A stretch of 64,000 nt of DNA, from positions 20,214,001-20,278,000 of the forward strand of contig CM052816.1 of assembly GCA_028534125.1 (NCBI GenBank), read 5' to 3'. How positions within the stretch are numbered: the stretch's first letter is position 1; every line of letters starts with the position of its first letter. A program made the position numbers and the translations under genes. Source of the stretch: Lama glama. Taxonomy: Eukaryota. Positions 13,211-26,354 of this stretch are shown piece after piece. A model generated the notes under the pieces. It searched no databases. It was not told where the DNA came from and saw only the letters and a list, made by a program, of their open reading frames with translations.

Positions 13211-15071
13211 CACTCCATAATTGGGGTCAGCATGGCTGGAAGGGAGGACAAGTCTTCCATCCTTCTGAATCTTATATTCTTTGAGTCCCTTCTTTATACC
13301 AGCCAGGCCTACTCAGAAGGAAGAGGATGTCCATCAAGTTCACAGGCTCTCGAGGGCAGTAACCTGGTGAGTCGAAGGCCAGGAGGCCAGAGGTTGGGGC
13401 TAGCTCAGTGACACTGCCCCCATCAGGGCTGGCTCCCCTGCAAGGCTCCCATATTCCACTGCCACTTGAGCCCCAGTCCCTGCCATCCTCAGAGACCAAA
13501 GAGGCATCCCAAGGGCCAGAAGGGAATCAGCTTGCTTCTGGCCCGGCCTCTCAAGCATCCTTCTACACACAGACCCAGAGGGCAGAGGTGAATGTGTGGC
13601 TTTCCTGGTCCCTCTCTGAGCCTCCTCTCCTAGCTCAGTCCACTGGACCATGACCGCAGACTCTGGGCAAAGATTATCCAAAACAGTGGACTGACATCCC
13701 CCACCACTCCAGACACTGAAGTGTATCTTTAGAATGCACCCAGGATTTCTATTGCTATTTGTTTTATAGCTGACAAATACTGATGTAAGTTTCCCTTCTC
13801 TGATTCTCTGGGCACTGATCAGAATGCAAGTTTAATGTTATCCTAGATAATCCACATTTGGAGAGAAGTTGCCTGAGACAGCTCTGAACTTTGGGAAAAC
13901 TCTGGAAAGTTTAAAACCTCATTGGGAATGAAAAGGAATTCCTGTGGTTTAATCCCAGGATGTCTGTGTCAGTTTCTAAATCTTTATTATTCCAATTTGA
14001 CATCTCTGAATCTCCCAAAGAACAAAAACGTAATCAATCTGGACTTTGTTGTTTTGGGCTTCCTTCACCAAACTTTTCCTTGTGGGTGGGAAACCCGGGG
14101 GTTTGGAACTCTCAGATGCATGGACCTCAGGGTGTCCCTAAGAGACCTCTAACCTACGTGTGAATGTGGGGGAGGTGGTAGATTTGGGGAAGGCTATTGG
14201 TTGGTCCCTGAGCTCTCTAGGGAAGGTCACCCACGAAGTCTCAGAGTTGGGGACCCCACCTTGCTCCCTGCCCCTCCTGAGCAGAGGCTGAAACACAGCC
14301 CCTGAGCCTGCTCACATCAGAGGGAGCTGGTCCCACCTCCACTGCTGCTGCTCCCTGCACCGACTCGCACATCTGCAGTCTCCACCCCAGCAAAGCTCCG
14401 GAATGTTTGCCGCCTTGGAAATAGTCAGAATGTGCTAAAAATGCAGTGACAGCAGCCGTCTTTGGGGGATATTTTTAAAGGTAATAGGATCTGAGAGTCA
14501 GGAGTGCCAGAAATGCAGTTTCATCTTATTTTTGAAAACAGTTTTGTCACATCACCAGATGTTCCAACCCACACCTCAGGCCATGTCATCAAACAGACAC
14601 AGCCCTGGTGTCACCTGAGTGCTGGGGATGTGGTCAGGGCTCATCCTTGTGGGTGTCCGTATTAGGTTCTAAGTCTTCATGACTCCAACTTGGACAGAGT
14701 CTGGTCTGAGGAGGCAGGGCTTCTAACTCAGCTGTTTCTCCTTCCAGCTCAGATATGTTTCACATGAATCCCACCCCAGGGAAGGGCGAGGTTTGGGGCC
14801 CTCTGGGCACAAAGGCCACACCTGGCAAAGGGAACCCTATGTGGAGCAGTCGTGTTGACACCTCTGGCCAGTGTGCAGACAACAAAGGACCCGAGCTCCA
14901 TCAGTACCTGGTGATGCCAGTGCTTCCTGGCTCCGGAGGAGGGCCCTGCTCCCTGGCTGTGCTGTTGCACGTGGAGTTGGAATAAGTGTGGAGCTTGGGG
15001 GTTTCAGAGGAAAGGCCCCTTACTTGTGGTCAGCACTGCTGCTCAGGTGACTTTTTCCTCTAGAGTAGCTC

Positions 15072-15381
15072 CATGCTATCCAAATATAATGCAAGCAGCA
15101 TAGGTAATTTAAAAATTTCTAATAGCCACATAAAAAAACTAGAAAGGGACAGGTAACATTAAATTGAATAATACATTTTATTTAACTCAATCTATCCAAA
15201 ATACTATCATTTCAAAATGTAATCAATATACAAAATTGTTAATGAGGTAGCTTGCATTCTCTTTTTGTATAAAGCCTTTGAAATCTGCCGTGTCATAGTC
15301 ATACACATCCATTTGGACTGGTCACATTTAATGTGCCCCATAACTGCATGTGGCTTGTGGTTACCATCCTGGACAGCGTAG
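15072..15381 (-). mobile_element. MER33 hAT-Charlie DNA transposon
   Basis: AT-rich body (taatttaaaaatttctaatagccacat; tatttaactcaatctatccaaaata) and end catgtggcttgtggttaccatcctggacagcgtag. Confidence 0.85.
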
Positions 15382-15869
15382 GGCCTGCTCTAGGTGGGTG
15401 TGTGGGAGGCGGGGTAGGATGCAGGAAGATAGTGTCTGGATCTGGAAAGGCAGATAACCCATCATTGCCTTTTCCCAGGGGACCCAGGACAGCTGGGGGT
15501 GGTGGGGCCAGTCCTTAGTCCTTTGCACATATTGTTCCCTCCCCAGATGACCAGGGGGCCAGGTCCTAGGGCTCCCATCACACAGGCTGGAAAGAGTTCA
15601 GAGGTAAACTTCCTGGGGGCGTGGGCCTTGTGAACTGACAGCTTCCCCCATCCCCTCTTGCTTCCCCTATAATACAATTTCTTTGTGAGACAGGAAGCAA
15701 GGTCATCTGTCCTTCGACAAAGACTTCAAAGCCCTGACTACATGCAAGGTTCTGCTCTAGGATCTGGGAGTAAATAGAGCAGTAAAAGAAATAAACAAAA
15801 TTCCTGCTTCATGGAGTGGTTTAGTTGGGAGAGGTGTGTAGAGAGATAGACAATAAACAAATAAATATA

Positions 15870-16120
15870 TGTCTTAGTCTGCCTGGGTTGCTGTAGCAAA
15901 ATACCACAGACTGGGTGGTTTGTAAACAACAGAAATCTATTTCTCCCAGTTCTGGAGGCTTGGAAGTCCCAGATCAAGGTGCCAGTCTATTCAGTGTCTG
16001 GTGAGGACCTGCTCCATCATGACCTAATTATGTCCTAAAGGCCCTAACTCCCAATGCCACCACATTGGGGGTTAAGTTTCAACATATGAATTTGTTGGGG
16101 ACAAACATTCAGTCCTTAGA
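15870..16120 (-). mobile_element. MaLR LTR (MLT1A0-like, internally deleted)
   Basis: tgtcttagtctgcctgggttgctgtagcaaaataccacagactgggtgg .. ggggacaaacattcagtcc. Confidence 0.85.
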
Positions 16121-16466
16121 AAATGTTTAGAAGTAGAATAAAGTAGGAAGGGAGGTGGGGAGTGCTGGGAAGGGACATCCACACCTTTATGTGGAGGAAT
16201 CTGAGACCTCTGTGATGATAACACTGTAGAGACAGAAGGGAAGAAGGGACCCTTGCAGATACCTGGGAGGGCATTCCAGGTGGAGGGAACAGCACGTGCA
16301 AAGATCCTGGGGTTAAAGTACGTCTGGAGCATGAAGAGCAGCCAGAGGTGGAAGCCAGTGAGCCTGGAGCTGGATGAGCACAGAGGGGAGTGGGAGGCGT
16401 GAGGTCAGAGAGCGGGGCCTTGTGCACATTGTGTGGGCCTCATACACCTTTATAAGAATGTTGACT

Positions 16467-16862
16467 TGTAGGACTGAGGTCCCGTTTTCTTGCTGACTCT
16501 CAGCTGGGGCTGCCCTTCGCTCCTCCAGGCCACTCTCCCATCTTGCACGGAGACTACATCTCAGAGCCAGCACCAGGTGTGGAGTCCATCTCACACTGCC
16601 TTTTCTCTGACCTTCTTCTCTCTCTGACCACAGTTGGAAAGGTTCTCTGATTTTAAAGACCCCTGTGATTAGGCTGAGCCCACCCAGATAATCCACAGTG
16701 GTCTCTCCATCCTTAACCTTAATCACATTTGCAAAATTCCTTTTGCTACTATTTATTATTGCCAATATTTTAAGGCAAAATATTCCCAGATTCCAGGGAT
16801 TAGTGCACGGAGATCTTTGACTGGGGTGGCCAGGGGGTAGTGGCATTATTTTGCCTCCCACA
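16467..16862 (-). mobile_element. MaLR LTR (MLT1E-like, partial)
   Basis: tgtaggactgaggtcccgttttcttgctg; gattaggctgagcccacccagataatcc; ends cattattttgcctcccaca. Confidence 0.8.
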
Positions 16863-19800
16863 GGAATGGATGAGATAGTGGTGGGTGGGGGACAAAAGGA
16901 GGAAGCCAGGAGGCCAGGAGGAGGCCAGTGCAATAATTCAACAAGAGGGAGTGTGGCTTGACCCAGGATTGCAGAATGGCGATGGAGCAAAATGATCAGA
17001 TTCTGCATTTGTTTCAAGGGTAGCAGTAACAGGATCTGCCGAGAGATTGGATGTGGCATGCAAGAGAAGGAGGTCAAGCACTGTAACTCCTTGGTTTTGG
17101 CCTGAGTGACTGAAAGGATGACCTTGTTTCTCTCTGAAATAGGGGAGACAGCAGGAGAAGCGGGTTTAGTGTTTAGGAGGTGGGGTGGGACTCAGGATTT
17201 CTAACAATAACTGGTTCCTGCAAAATCTTACTCAATTTAGGGAGACAGAAAATGGGGACTATTATCAAGGAGTTGGCCAGGAAGGATCATGGGGCGTGGT
17301 CACCAGCACAGCAGTTCCCATTGATGAGGGTCAGTTGTGGGCCAAGTAGCACAGAAGGGACTTAGTGGCATCAGCCTGGCTCTCTCCGGCTGGGGGCTGA
17401 CCACTACCTGGTATTGCCATGCCGTCTCAGCCCCTGGGGAGCTTTGGGTCTCACTCACCAGGCGAGAGCCGAGTATGGGAGTCACGCAGCAGCTGCTCAG
17501 TGCCGACAAGGGGCCCCAGGTGAGAGAAGGTGAGGGCTGCCCTCCAAACAGGCCTAAGGAAAGGGAGTCCAGGGCTTCCTGGGATGTGCCCGCACCATCT
17601 AGTCAACCCCTCAGCCAGAGGCTGTTTTCTTCCGTATTTGGTGGTTGTGGCATCGAGTCCACTGTCCATGATTTTCCACGTCTGGTGCCCTTGGTCTTGG
17701 TGTCTGTGTCTGTGATCCTTCTTGTCTGTTAGCCATGGTTTCTCATGTCCACATTCTCTCGTGTCTGAAGTTTTTTCCTGAAGCATCTGGACAGGCTGGG
17801 GCAGCCTATATGCCAGCCATCACCTGGTCTGGTGACCTCACTCTGGGTGCACATGGAGGAGGGGGCTAGTTAGGAGCCAGCCCGGCTTTCTGGAGAATCT
17901 TACCTCCAAAAGAAGGAGATGTGTCTTGCATTACAGCGGTGAGAAGGCTGTCTCAAAAGACACTTGGTTCCAGATGGGGAAATTGAGTGGGCTTGGGAGA
18001 AAACCCTTGTCCAGACTCCTGCAGGATCTGGTGGCCTCACACAGCACTTCCCAGTGCTGTCCCCTGGGCGGCTGTTCTTCCACGTCCTGTCTAGGGTGAC
18101 TCTTGCTTTGAAGGGTTGGGAGGGCATGGCTGTAGGTCAGGTGTGCTCCACCCTGTCCTTTGTGCCTTGCCCTGTCCTCTGTGCCCCCAGCACCCCCTCC
18201 TCATGCCAGGCCACCCTCCTTCTCCATCAGTGCCATCCATCTCCCCTTCCTCCTTTATCAGGCCCCTCCTCCTCCTGCTGTCTCTCCTCTCTGTTGTCCA
18301 GGCCACAGGAGGAGTTGAAGCTGATTTTGGGGTAGTGCATTGCTGGCATCTGTGTGGGGAAGGCATTCAGTGCCCATGAGATGCCTGGGCCCTGGCCGGG
18401 GGAGTGAGGGGGGAAGCTCTGATGGTCATCCTGCCCCAGGTTTCTGGCTCCCAGGGATTGGGCTGGGAGACCTGACTGCCTATGGGGGAATCTTAGGGCA
18501 GGGACTACCTTGGGGCCTTTTGCATGTGAAGGGAACCATCTCAGAGAAAGGTCTGTGACTGTGACCTTCATAGGGCTCCTTTTGTTGGGCTCTGTGGCAA
18601 GTAACGTCATTAAGAGGAATGTGTGTTTTGGTAAAGGGTGTAAATATATGAATAGTGTCCTCTCCAGCCCCAGATATCACTCTGTGTTTATTCAGTGCCT
18701 GGTGCATAAACTAGAAGACACGCATTGCTATTTGGGGCTATGAGTTTTAAAGTACATTAAAGGAGTTTACTGAAAACTCTTGGCAAACAGATAAAATACA
18801 ATTACTCTAATTCCCAAGGCATTGCAGACAGAGTGTCCTGAAAACCTGCAGTGTAATAATTCACAGGGAGCCGTGGCAGGCGGCCTTTAAGGCATCAGAA
18901 GCTCTGCTTTGGTAAACTTCAGAGGCGGCCAAGAGCTGTCCCTCGGGAGACCCTCGTCTTGTGGTTTATTAACCTCCCTGTTTCTGACTGGGGAGCTGCA
19001 GGGGAAATCTAGCTGGCAGGGGTGTCTCCTGCCCTCGTGAGCTTTTCTAGGCTCACCATATTGGGCGGAGCAGGGAATGAGATGCCCTATTCTCCTCTGG
19101 CTGTACGCCTCCCTGTCCATGTGCTGTTCAACAGTAGGCTCTGCTGGTTAGTCACCTTGCATGATGGGAAATTCTCATTGCTCATGAAGGGCACAGGACT
19201 CGTAATCCTTTCTGGGAGATGGACACTTTTGGTGGGATGCTTGGAAGAAGGATATTAGCGATCAGATTTGTCAGCTTCCCACAGGATTTGAGTTTGATTT
19301 CTAAGCCATACATAAGGGTCACAGGACAATTCCTGATGCAGAGGTGGGGTTGCCACCCATGGGGCTTGGGCAAGATCCATAGGTGCTCTGGTCTGTGTTG
19401 CTTCCCCCACTTGCCAGGGAGATAGAAAATGCCCCTAGGGCGTGCAAACTTTAGATGCCCCTGAGCAACTGGGATCCTTTGTCCAGGATGAGCACCAGCA
19501 CTGTTCTCCAGATCTCAGGGAGAGCCTGGACCCTCCTGGGGAGGAGGCTTAGTGGACAGTGGGTAGCTTAGTTTCACATGGTCAGGAATGAACAACAGCT
19601 AGAGGACCAGAATTTTGGGGGCCCTTGGACCCCAGTTTCTTGGACAGGGAGCAGAGAATGGGGCTTCCTTAAGCAAGGCTCCTCCCTGGCTCCCAGTGCT
19701 GAAGCTCCAAGTCCTGGGCCACTCTTCGAAAGCTGGGCTGGGTCTGCTGTGTTAAAAATCAGGAGCAGGTCCAGAGTATTTGTGCAAGGGGAGCAGGGGG

Positions 19801-21259
19801 CTCTCAGAGGTGGTGTACAGAGTGAGTAGGGGTAATTGGAGGGTGGAGGGGGCAAAGGCCTTTACCTTGCTCTGTGGCCAAGCTCTCAGGGCAGAGCAGA
19901 CCCTTGTGGAAGAAGGGCCTTCCATGAACATTGAACACTGCATTGACGAGATGTCCCAACAGCCACACCCCAATCAATTGCCTGAGCTGAGAAGCTGGGG
20001 GCCTGAGGAAGGAGTCAGGTGGGATGAAAGTTTAGAGGAAAAGATTTCTGAAACCTGCCTCTACCCGCATCATTAGTTCACTGTGATATTTCATTCTCGC
20101 CTGTGCTATAGAAATACAGTGATAATTAACACCTCCCCAAATAGCACCACCTCGGATTTATAAAGCATGCACTTATAAGGGGCATCCAGGGCTGGCTAAG
20201 TCCCAGGGAGGGCCTGGTGCCTGTGGCTGCCTTGCTGGCAGGCCTCACACGCTGTCCTTTGGAAGGTGGCCTCAGGGCCTCTAGCCAGTGTCTGTCTTTG
20301 ATGTCTCTAAACTTGGCTGCTTCTTTTCTTCTTCTTTACACCTGCATGTGATGCTTCCACCAGCTAATGAGTATTACCCAGTGCCATCTCTTAGCGCACA
20401 CACAGTAGCTGGGCATCCTGCTCGGAGCCCAGGCAGGGCCCTGTTGGGCGCGGGGATTGGGAACACCCCTAGTGGGCCATGTGGACACAGCCTAGACCAT
20501 CTTCCAGTGCCAGGTTCACAGGGGCCTGGGAAATTGATAGCTTTGGCCTAGATTTAGTGGCTCGGATAGAACAACATGTGATGTCTCTTGTGGGAGATAT
20601 GGAAATTAGACCTGCTTAGCTCAACTGACCTTTTCTCAGCCACAGCCACTGGTTCAAAGAGACCTCAGCCACCACCAGGGAGACTGTGTAAGTGGTGTTG
20701 TTTAAAGTAGTTGTTCACTAGGGCTACTTATTAATCTAGCATTAGTTACGGTAGTTAAGCTTTTAGAGATAATGAAATGTTAATGTGCCTCCGGAACATG
20801 CCACGATCCCTGAAACCGAACACATTCAGGAAGAAAAATAGTCGTGGTAAAATGATGGCGGATATTAATTGTGTGGATTTACATGCCCTACAGGTGGCAG
20901 TGCAGATGTGGGGGACAGTCAGGAGTGCAGCATTGGCCAGCAGGGAAGAGGAGCCCGGGCTCGCCTTGCTCTCCCTGCCCAGGACGTTGCCCTAACTGGT
21001 ACTGAATGAACGAAGGTTTCCCGTTGGAGTTTCACAGGCCACACCACGGGTCAGAGGTGAAGCTGGGCCTCAAGCCTGGGTGGCCTGACTCTGAGCTCTG
21101 CTGTTCACCAGCTTCCCCCAGGTGGGCCCCCAGGCTGCCCGTCAACCTGTGTCCTAGTGGGGGCCTCAGCTTGTCCCTGCACATCTATCCTGACCACCTC
21201 CCTCCTCCGCAGCCCCCTCCCACCTGAAGTTGGGAAGAGCCAGTGGTTATTATTTTTTA

Positions 21260-21980
21260 ATCAACAGTTGTTAATTATTGAGCGCTGATGCACGCCAGGC
21301 ACCGTGCCAGGCATCGAGGTTCCTCTCACTCATGGAGCTGACATCTTAGCAGTCAGCAAATAACCACCAAGTAGAGTTGCCGACTGTGAGAAGGGTTGGG
21401 AAAGCAAAGCAAAGAGAGAGCTGGGAGCTTGTGAAATGATGGCAATAGTGATAACGGCTGACACTAATGATTTACTATGTGCTCCACACGGTTCAAAACA
21501 CTTTCAGTGGATTACATTCTTTTATCCTCCTAACTCTATGAATTAGTTCCGTTTTACAGATGGGGTAATGGAGGCTCAGAGAAGTTAAGTAACTTGCCTG
21601 CAGCCATACAGCTAGTAAGCAGCAGACCTGGGATTTGAATCAGGACGTTTGATTCCAAATTCCTTGCTGCTAACCACTATGCTTTATTGCCTCTTAGAGA
21701 AGAAAGAGTAAATTTGGATTACATAGGAGGTAGGGAAGACTTCTTAAAGGGAGCCATGTTTAAACTGGGCCTGAGAAGTGAGCTGGCCAGGAGGGACAGC
21801 CGTAGAGGAGGAGAGAGCTTGGTGCTGAGGGATCTTTAGCAGCCATGGGGCCAAAGCTGGGAGTGCTTGCCAGTATGGTGTCGTTCAGTTACACGTGGTC
21901 TCGGGGGCTGGCAAGCTGTGAGTCCTTATCCTAAAAGCCATAGGAAGCCGTATCAGGGTTTTATGCAAGGGAGTGACAAG
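21260..21980 (-). mobile_element. L2 LINE fragment interrupted by a MIR
   Basis: ttattgagcgctgatgcacgccaggcaccgtgccaggc (3' end); resumes after the MIR with gggaagacttctt..gccataggaagcc..ggttttatgcaagggagtgaca. Confidence 0.65.
21443..21692 (-). mobile_element. MIR SINE (full length)
   Basis: ttttacagatggggtaatggaggctcagagaagttaagtaacttgcc..cagctagtaag..ctgggatttgaatc..taaccactatgct. Confidence 0.9.
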
Positions 21981-23384
21981 AAACAAGCTTTCTTTCCCTA
22001 AATTAACTCCTCAGTAAGGAGATGAGGCCCCCTTTCCACTGCATAGAGGATCAGTTTGGTAAGTTGGCATTTGGTCTGTGGGTAGAGCATCTAAGTTCAG
22101 GGCAGACTGAGTGCAGAAAAGGCATCTGTCAGCTCCCTTTTCACACTTTGAAGAGAGAGGGGAGAAGTGGGACACGTCCCACTCAAGGTGGTGGAGCCCC
22201 TCCCCCCAGCCCCCGCCAGTGTGGTGGGAGGGATTAGAGGCCAGCCAGCCCCTCTGGGAGCTGTGTGTGTCTGAGTGTGAGTATGATGCCTTCTGAGACA
22301 GGACAGTCGGTGAATGCATTAGGGATGGGCACACACATTTATCTCTGAGGGAACTGCAGTCCAGCAGTGGGTTATTTGAAAGATTACAGCCCTGAGGAAA
22401 GAAACATATTGGTTAGCATTGACCTGTGGTTTATGAGTCCCAGGACCTGCCCCGTAGAGGGGAATGACTCTATTTGTTGCACAAACAGAAGGGTCCCTTT
22501 GTGTTAAAAAGGAAAGGACTGCAATGCATATCTTGGTGGCTGCCATGCACTCAAAGCAGGAGGAGATGGGGATTCAGGGAGCATCTGGTTCTGCCCTCGG
22601 ATGGGCTCTTTATTGGGAAGATTTTGGTTGGTGCATTACGTTATCAAGCACAGGGAGAAGGCCAGGGTCTGAGACAATGACCAGAGTGGGTGGAGAGCTG
22701 TGAATGTACAATATATTTATCACAAAAAATAGAAATGTATCAGTGGTTTAGTTGAAGAGTGAGAGGAAGTGAATTCACCTACTGTAAGAAGGTGAAAATC
22801 TGGGAGTGCTTCCTGGAAGAGGCAGGCCTCTGTGACTTTCAGGACACAGGATCCTTAAAGCCCTGAATGCCCCTGCAGAGACCTGGCCCTGGGGAAAGGT
22901 CCTACTTGTGTTAGATACTCATGAGGTTCCCTGAGTCAAGGTTCAGAGATAGCCCTTGGGACCGAGTCCAGGCTTCTCATTCTGCACCAAGCTCTGGGGA
23001 GTGGTCCCCGCTTGTAGACTCCAGAGGTCCTACATGGACTGAGGGGTCTGTGGAAAAGTGGGCTAGAGGACTAGCTGTGTTTGTGTGGCACTTCATGTGG
23101 TCAATTTTCTCACGAAGAGTGGGGGCAGGGATGGGATTGAGGAGGCCCCAAAGACACCCCCAGTCTCCCCTTAGCTCTTCCACTTTTCGTGCCTGATCTG
23201 CATCCATTGAAGGGCTGATGGGTTCCCCCCAGTATCAGCCCTCTCTTCTGGTCCTCCATCCAAGGACAGACACACATTTTTAATCCACTAAGGGCTGTTC
23301 TTGACCTAGAACAGCTTTCATTCTTTGTCCAAGTCCTGGCTGCCCTTCAGGACTTTTCCCCAGTGCCTCCCCCTCCACTCACTC

Positions 23385-23500
23385 TGAGCCCCACAAGCAC
23401 AGGGACTCCTGATTTCATTCCCTGGTGTTTCCCTAGCTTATAGAGCAGGGTCTGGTGTGTAGTGAGTGCTCACTTGATAAATAAGGAATGGATGAATGAA
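23385..23500 (+). mobile_element. L2 3' terminus
   Basis: gcagggtctggtgtgtagtgagtgctc..ataaataaggaatggatgaatgaa. Confidence 0.6.
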
Positions 23501-23576
23501 GCTTTCCTCTCCCTCCAGTCTTGGGACTCCCAGAGGATTTTTATGAACCTAAGTTGGCATTTACTTAGTTCATTCC

Positions 23577-24030
23577 TGTGGGAGGTTGAATAGTGTCCCC
23601 CCCCCCCCCCAATTCATGTCAACTGGGAACATTGAAACAGGACCTTATTTGGAAAGATGGTTTTTGCAGATGTAATTAGTTAAGAATCTTGGCATAAAGT
23701 CATCCTGGATATAAGGTGGACGCGTGGAATACTGGTACTTATATAAGGAGAAGATACAGAGATACACAGGGAAGGAGGCCATGTGAAGAGGGAGGCAGAG
23801 GCTGAAGTGATGCATCTAAAAGCCGGGGAACACCAAGGATTGCTGGTGACTACCAGGAGCTATGAGAGAACCATGCGACAGATCCCCGCATTACCTCCAG
23901 AAAGAGCCAATCCTGCCAACACCTTGAATTTGGACTTCTGGCCTCCTGAACTGTGAGAGAATAAGTTTCTGTTGTTTCAAGTTACTTGATTTGTCATAAT
24001 TTGTTACAGCAGCCCTAGGGCACTAATACA
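23577..24030 (+). mobile_element. MaLR solo LTR (MLT1C)
   Basis: TG..CA termini (tgtgggaggttgaatagtgtcccc .. cagcagccctagggcactaataca); TSD attcc/atccc; expanded C run near the 5' end. Confidence 0.9.
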
Positions 24031-24136
24031 ATCCCAATGTCAGTATTTTGGAAGCTCTCACCCCCTCTAGAGCAAAGGCTTGGTCAGGTCAGGGAGCGAG
24101 TCTGGGTCACCACCATGGGTCCAGTGCCTCGCTTTT

Positions 24137-24255
24137 TGGGCGACCAACCACCCTGGGATGGTCTTTGTCTGGGATTGAGGGGTATCCCAGGATGTAGGAT
24201 TTTTAGAACTAAAATGGGGATAGTGCTCGGCAAACCGAGACAACTGGTCACCTTG
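24137..24255. mobile_element. MER81-like hAT-Blackjack MITE
   Basis: Terminal inverted repeats gggcgaccaac .. aactggtcacctt; internal gggattgaggggtatcccaggat. Confidence 0.8.
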
Positions 24256-25454
24256 CAGGCAGGGAGCCTGGCACTGGGTTGGTGCCTGATAGGTGGTGGC
24301 AGTTGTGTCTTGTGTGTGGGAAGAGTATGGAACCAGTCAGGTGCAAGTGGTGTATGCAGGAATTTTGTGCAAGATGAGCCTGGAGTTGGACAGGAGAAAA
24401 CTGAAGAATTGGAACCTTACTCTCTGGGCAACAGGGAGCCACAGTAGGTCTTGGAGGGCTGCAGGGTTTCTCCTGGGAGGCCTGGGGATTCCCATGCTGG
24501 AATCCCTGTGGGCTGCCCCTAGGCCTGCTCCCAGGAGGCCCAGGCACTTCGGCTCCCAGACTTCTCCCACAGCACTCCCTGGAGCGGGCCTCCCATCCCC
24601 AGGGCTGCAGCTAGCACCTGCCAGGCCCAGGGAGCTTCTTTCTGAAACCAAGTGTAGAGAAAACCTAGGCATGCCCACAGTCACCCTTCCCCTGATTTGA
24701 ATATACTGAATGAGGCTGATTGCCTAAATTGAAGGTATTATAGTATAATGATTGTTATAATTAAAACCATTATCATCTGAAAGAGACCAGAACATGGGAA
24801 ACCACTGCAAAGACTTTTAAATCTTTTAAAGCCTGTTTTTGAACCAGATAAAAGCTCCTTTGTGTGGAGTGTTTTAAAGAGAGGGAGTCTGTGAGTGGGC
24901 ACCTGTGGGCTCTGAAATGCAGCTCTGGCTGCAGCCCGGACAGGGAGCCTGGTCCTCCATGAGGTGGGTGGGGGCAGCAGGGACTTTCGGTCAGAGGGTG
25001 GCAGCTGCCCTGTTGGCCCAGATCTGAGGTGCTGCCCTCAGGCAACGTGGTCAGAGATGGATGCACTTTGGGGGCCCAGGCCAGGTGGGGATCTTACAGA
25101 GAAGCATTGTTCTGAATATGGGGCCATCGAAACAGATGTGTTGCATCTCACTACCCCCCAGTTTGGGAAGGACCGTCAGGCTCTGGCAAGGGAAAAGGGG
25201 GCAGTGTCAGAGCCTGGAGGTGCAAGACCTTGTAAGTCTCCAGATGGCAATAGGAGGGGACAGTGGCCCTAGAGCAGTAGGCTCCAGGAAGGCCTGAGGT
25301 GACAGGATAGGGGCTCGCAGTAGGCTCTGGGCTTGACCGTCTGGGTGACGGGGTCTCAGACGGCCTGGTGAGTATGGAACTGGAAACAGCCTGAAAGGAG
25401 TTGGGGCTCTTTCTTCTAAGTCTGGTTATCTCATACTCTCCTGGCTTCCCAACC

Positions 25455-25545
25455 TCCTGTGTACAGGTGAGGAAACTGAGGCTCAGAGAGGGAAGGGATG
25501 GGCCAGGGTCACCCAGTTGGTAAATGGTAGGGCCAACTCCAGGGT
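25455..25545 (-). mobile_element. MIR SINE fragment
   Basis: tacaggtgaggaaactgaggctcagagaggg..ggtcacccagttggtaaatggtag. Confidence 0.8.
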
Positions 25546-25779
25546 GCTGTGCCCTTCACCTTGGGCCTCTGCCTCTGGTCGTGGTGGCCAAGCTTGGTCA
25601 GCTCTCTCTTGCCTTGGTACCATGTGTGCTGGCTTTTTTTTTTTTTTGGATAGGCACTTGGTTATATTTTGTCCACCTTGGTTTCATTTCTTCTTTTTTC
25701 CCTGTTCCTTCTTAAGAAAATTACACAATTAATACATGAGACCTCCTTGTTAAGAAATCATGCACTATGGGTGAGAATA

Positions 25780-26170
25780 TTGCAAACTCAAGAACATTGC
25801 TTGCCGTTTGGTTCTACAAGGATCGAGTCATTAGCTTCTGCAGTCACTGACCTTTAACGACCCTGAAAGCAATTCTGGGCAGAGATCAGGAATCAGGTAC
25901 CCTGTGCTCTGGGAAAAGGACTGACCGGTGGAACTTCAGATAGTCCTTCAGATAGTTTCAGGAGAAAATTTTCTGAACCCAAATTCTTGCATCTTTCCAT
26001 ACTAGGAAAGCACTAAAACCATTGACTAAGATGTCTGTTCCTCATGGCCAGTAGCAACCTTCTACTGAGCTATGTGCTGGATTACAGTACACAGTACCCT
26101 TCGACTACCACATATGTTCTCACCTCCTCTCTTACCACTTTGAAACAGTTCCTCCCAGCTGATCTTAGAT
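25780..26170 (+). mobile_element. ERV1-type LTR of a cetartiodactyl family (3' truncated)
   Basis: agatcaggaatcaggtaccctgtgctctgggaaaa; cttcagatagt; cccaaattcttgcatctttccatactaggaaagcactaaaa; tagcaaccttctac; resembles LTRs recalled from cattle/pig/whale genomes. Confidence 0.7.
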
Positions 26171-26199
26171 GTGTGTGTTTGTATATATAGATGTACATA

Positions 26200-26300
26200 A
26201 TAGTTAATCCTCATACATTCCTGTGAGGGAAGTATTATGTTTCCTATTTCACAGAAGAGAAAACGGAGGCCCTTGCTGGAGGCTACACATCTGGGCTTAC
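26200..26300 (-). mobile_element. MIR SINE fragment
   Basis: ttaatcctcatacattcctgtgagggaagtattatg..atttcacagaagagaaaacggaggc. Confidence 0.7.
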
Positions 26301-26354
26301 AATGGTAGGCTGGTCCAGAGCCAGTGTGTTTGAGTCCTGTGCTTATGGAGAAAG

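Larger units (their letters stand above)
15740..17185 (-). mobile_element. L2a LINE split by two MaLR LTR insertions
   Basis: Collinear L2 pieces at about 15740-15869, 16121-16466 (gcattccaggtggagggaacagcacgtgcaaag) and 16863-17185 (gattggatgtgg..ggttttggcctgagtgactg). Confidence 0.8.

Noticed and set aside
16313..17077. Longest ORF (254 aa, minus strand)
   Set aside because: Lies wholly in L2 and MLT1E-derived sequence, non-ATG start, no recognisable domain
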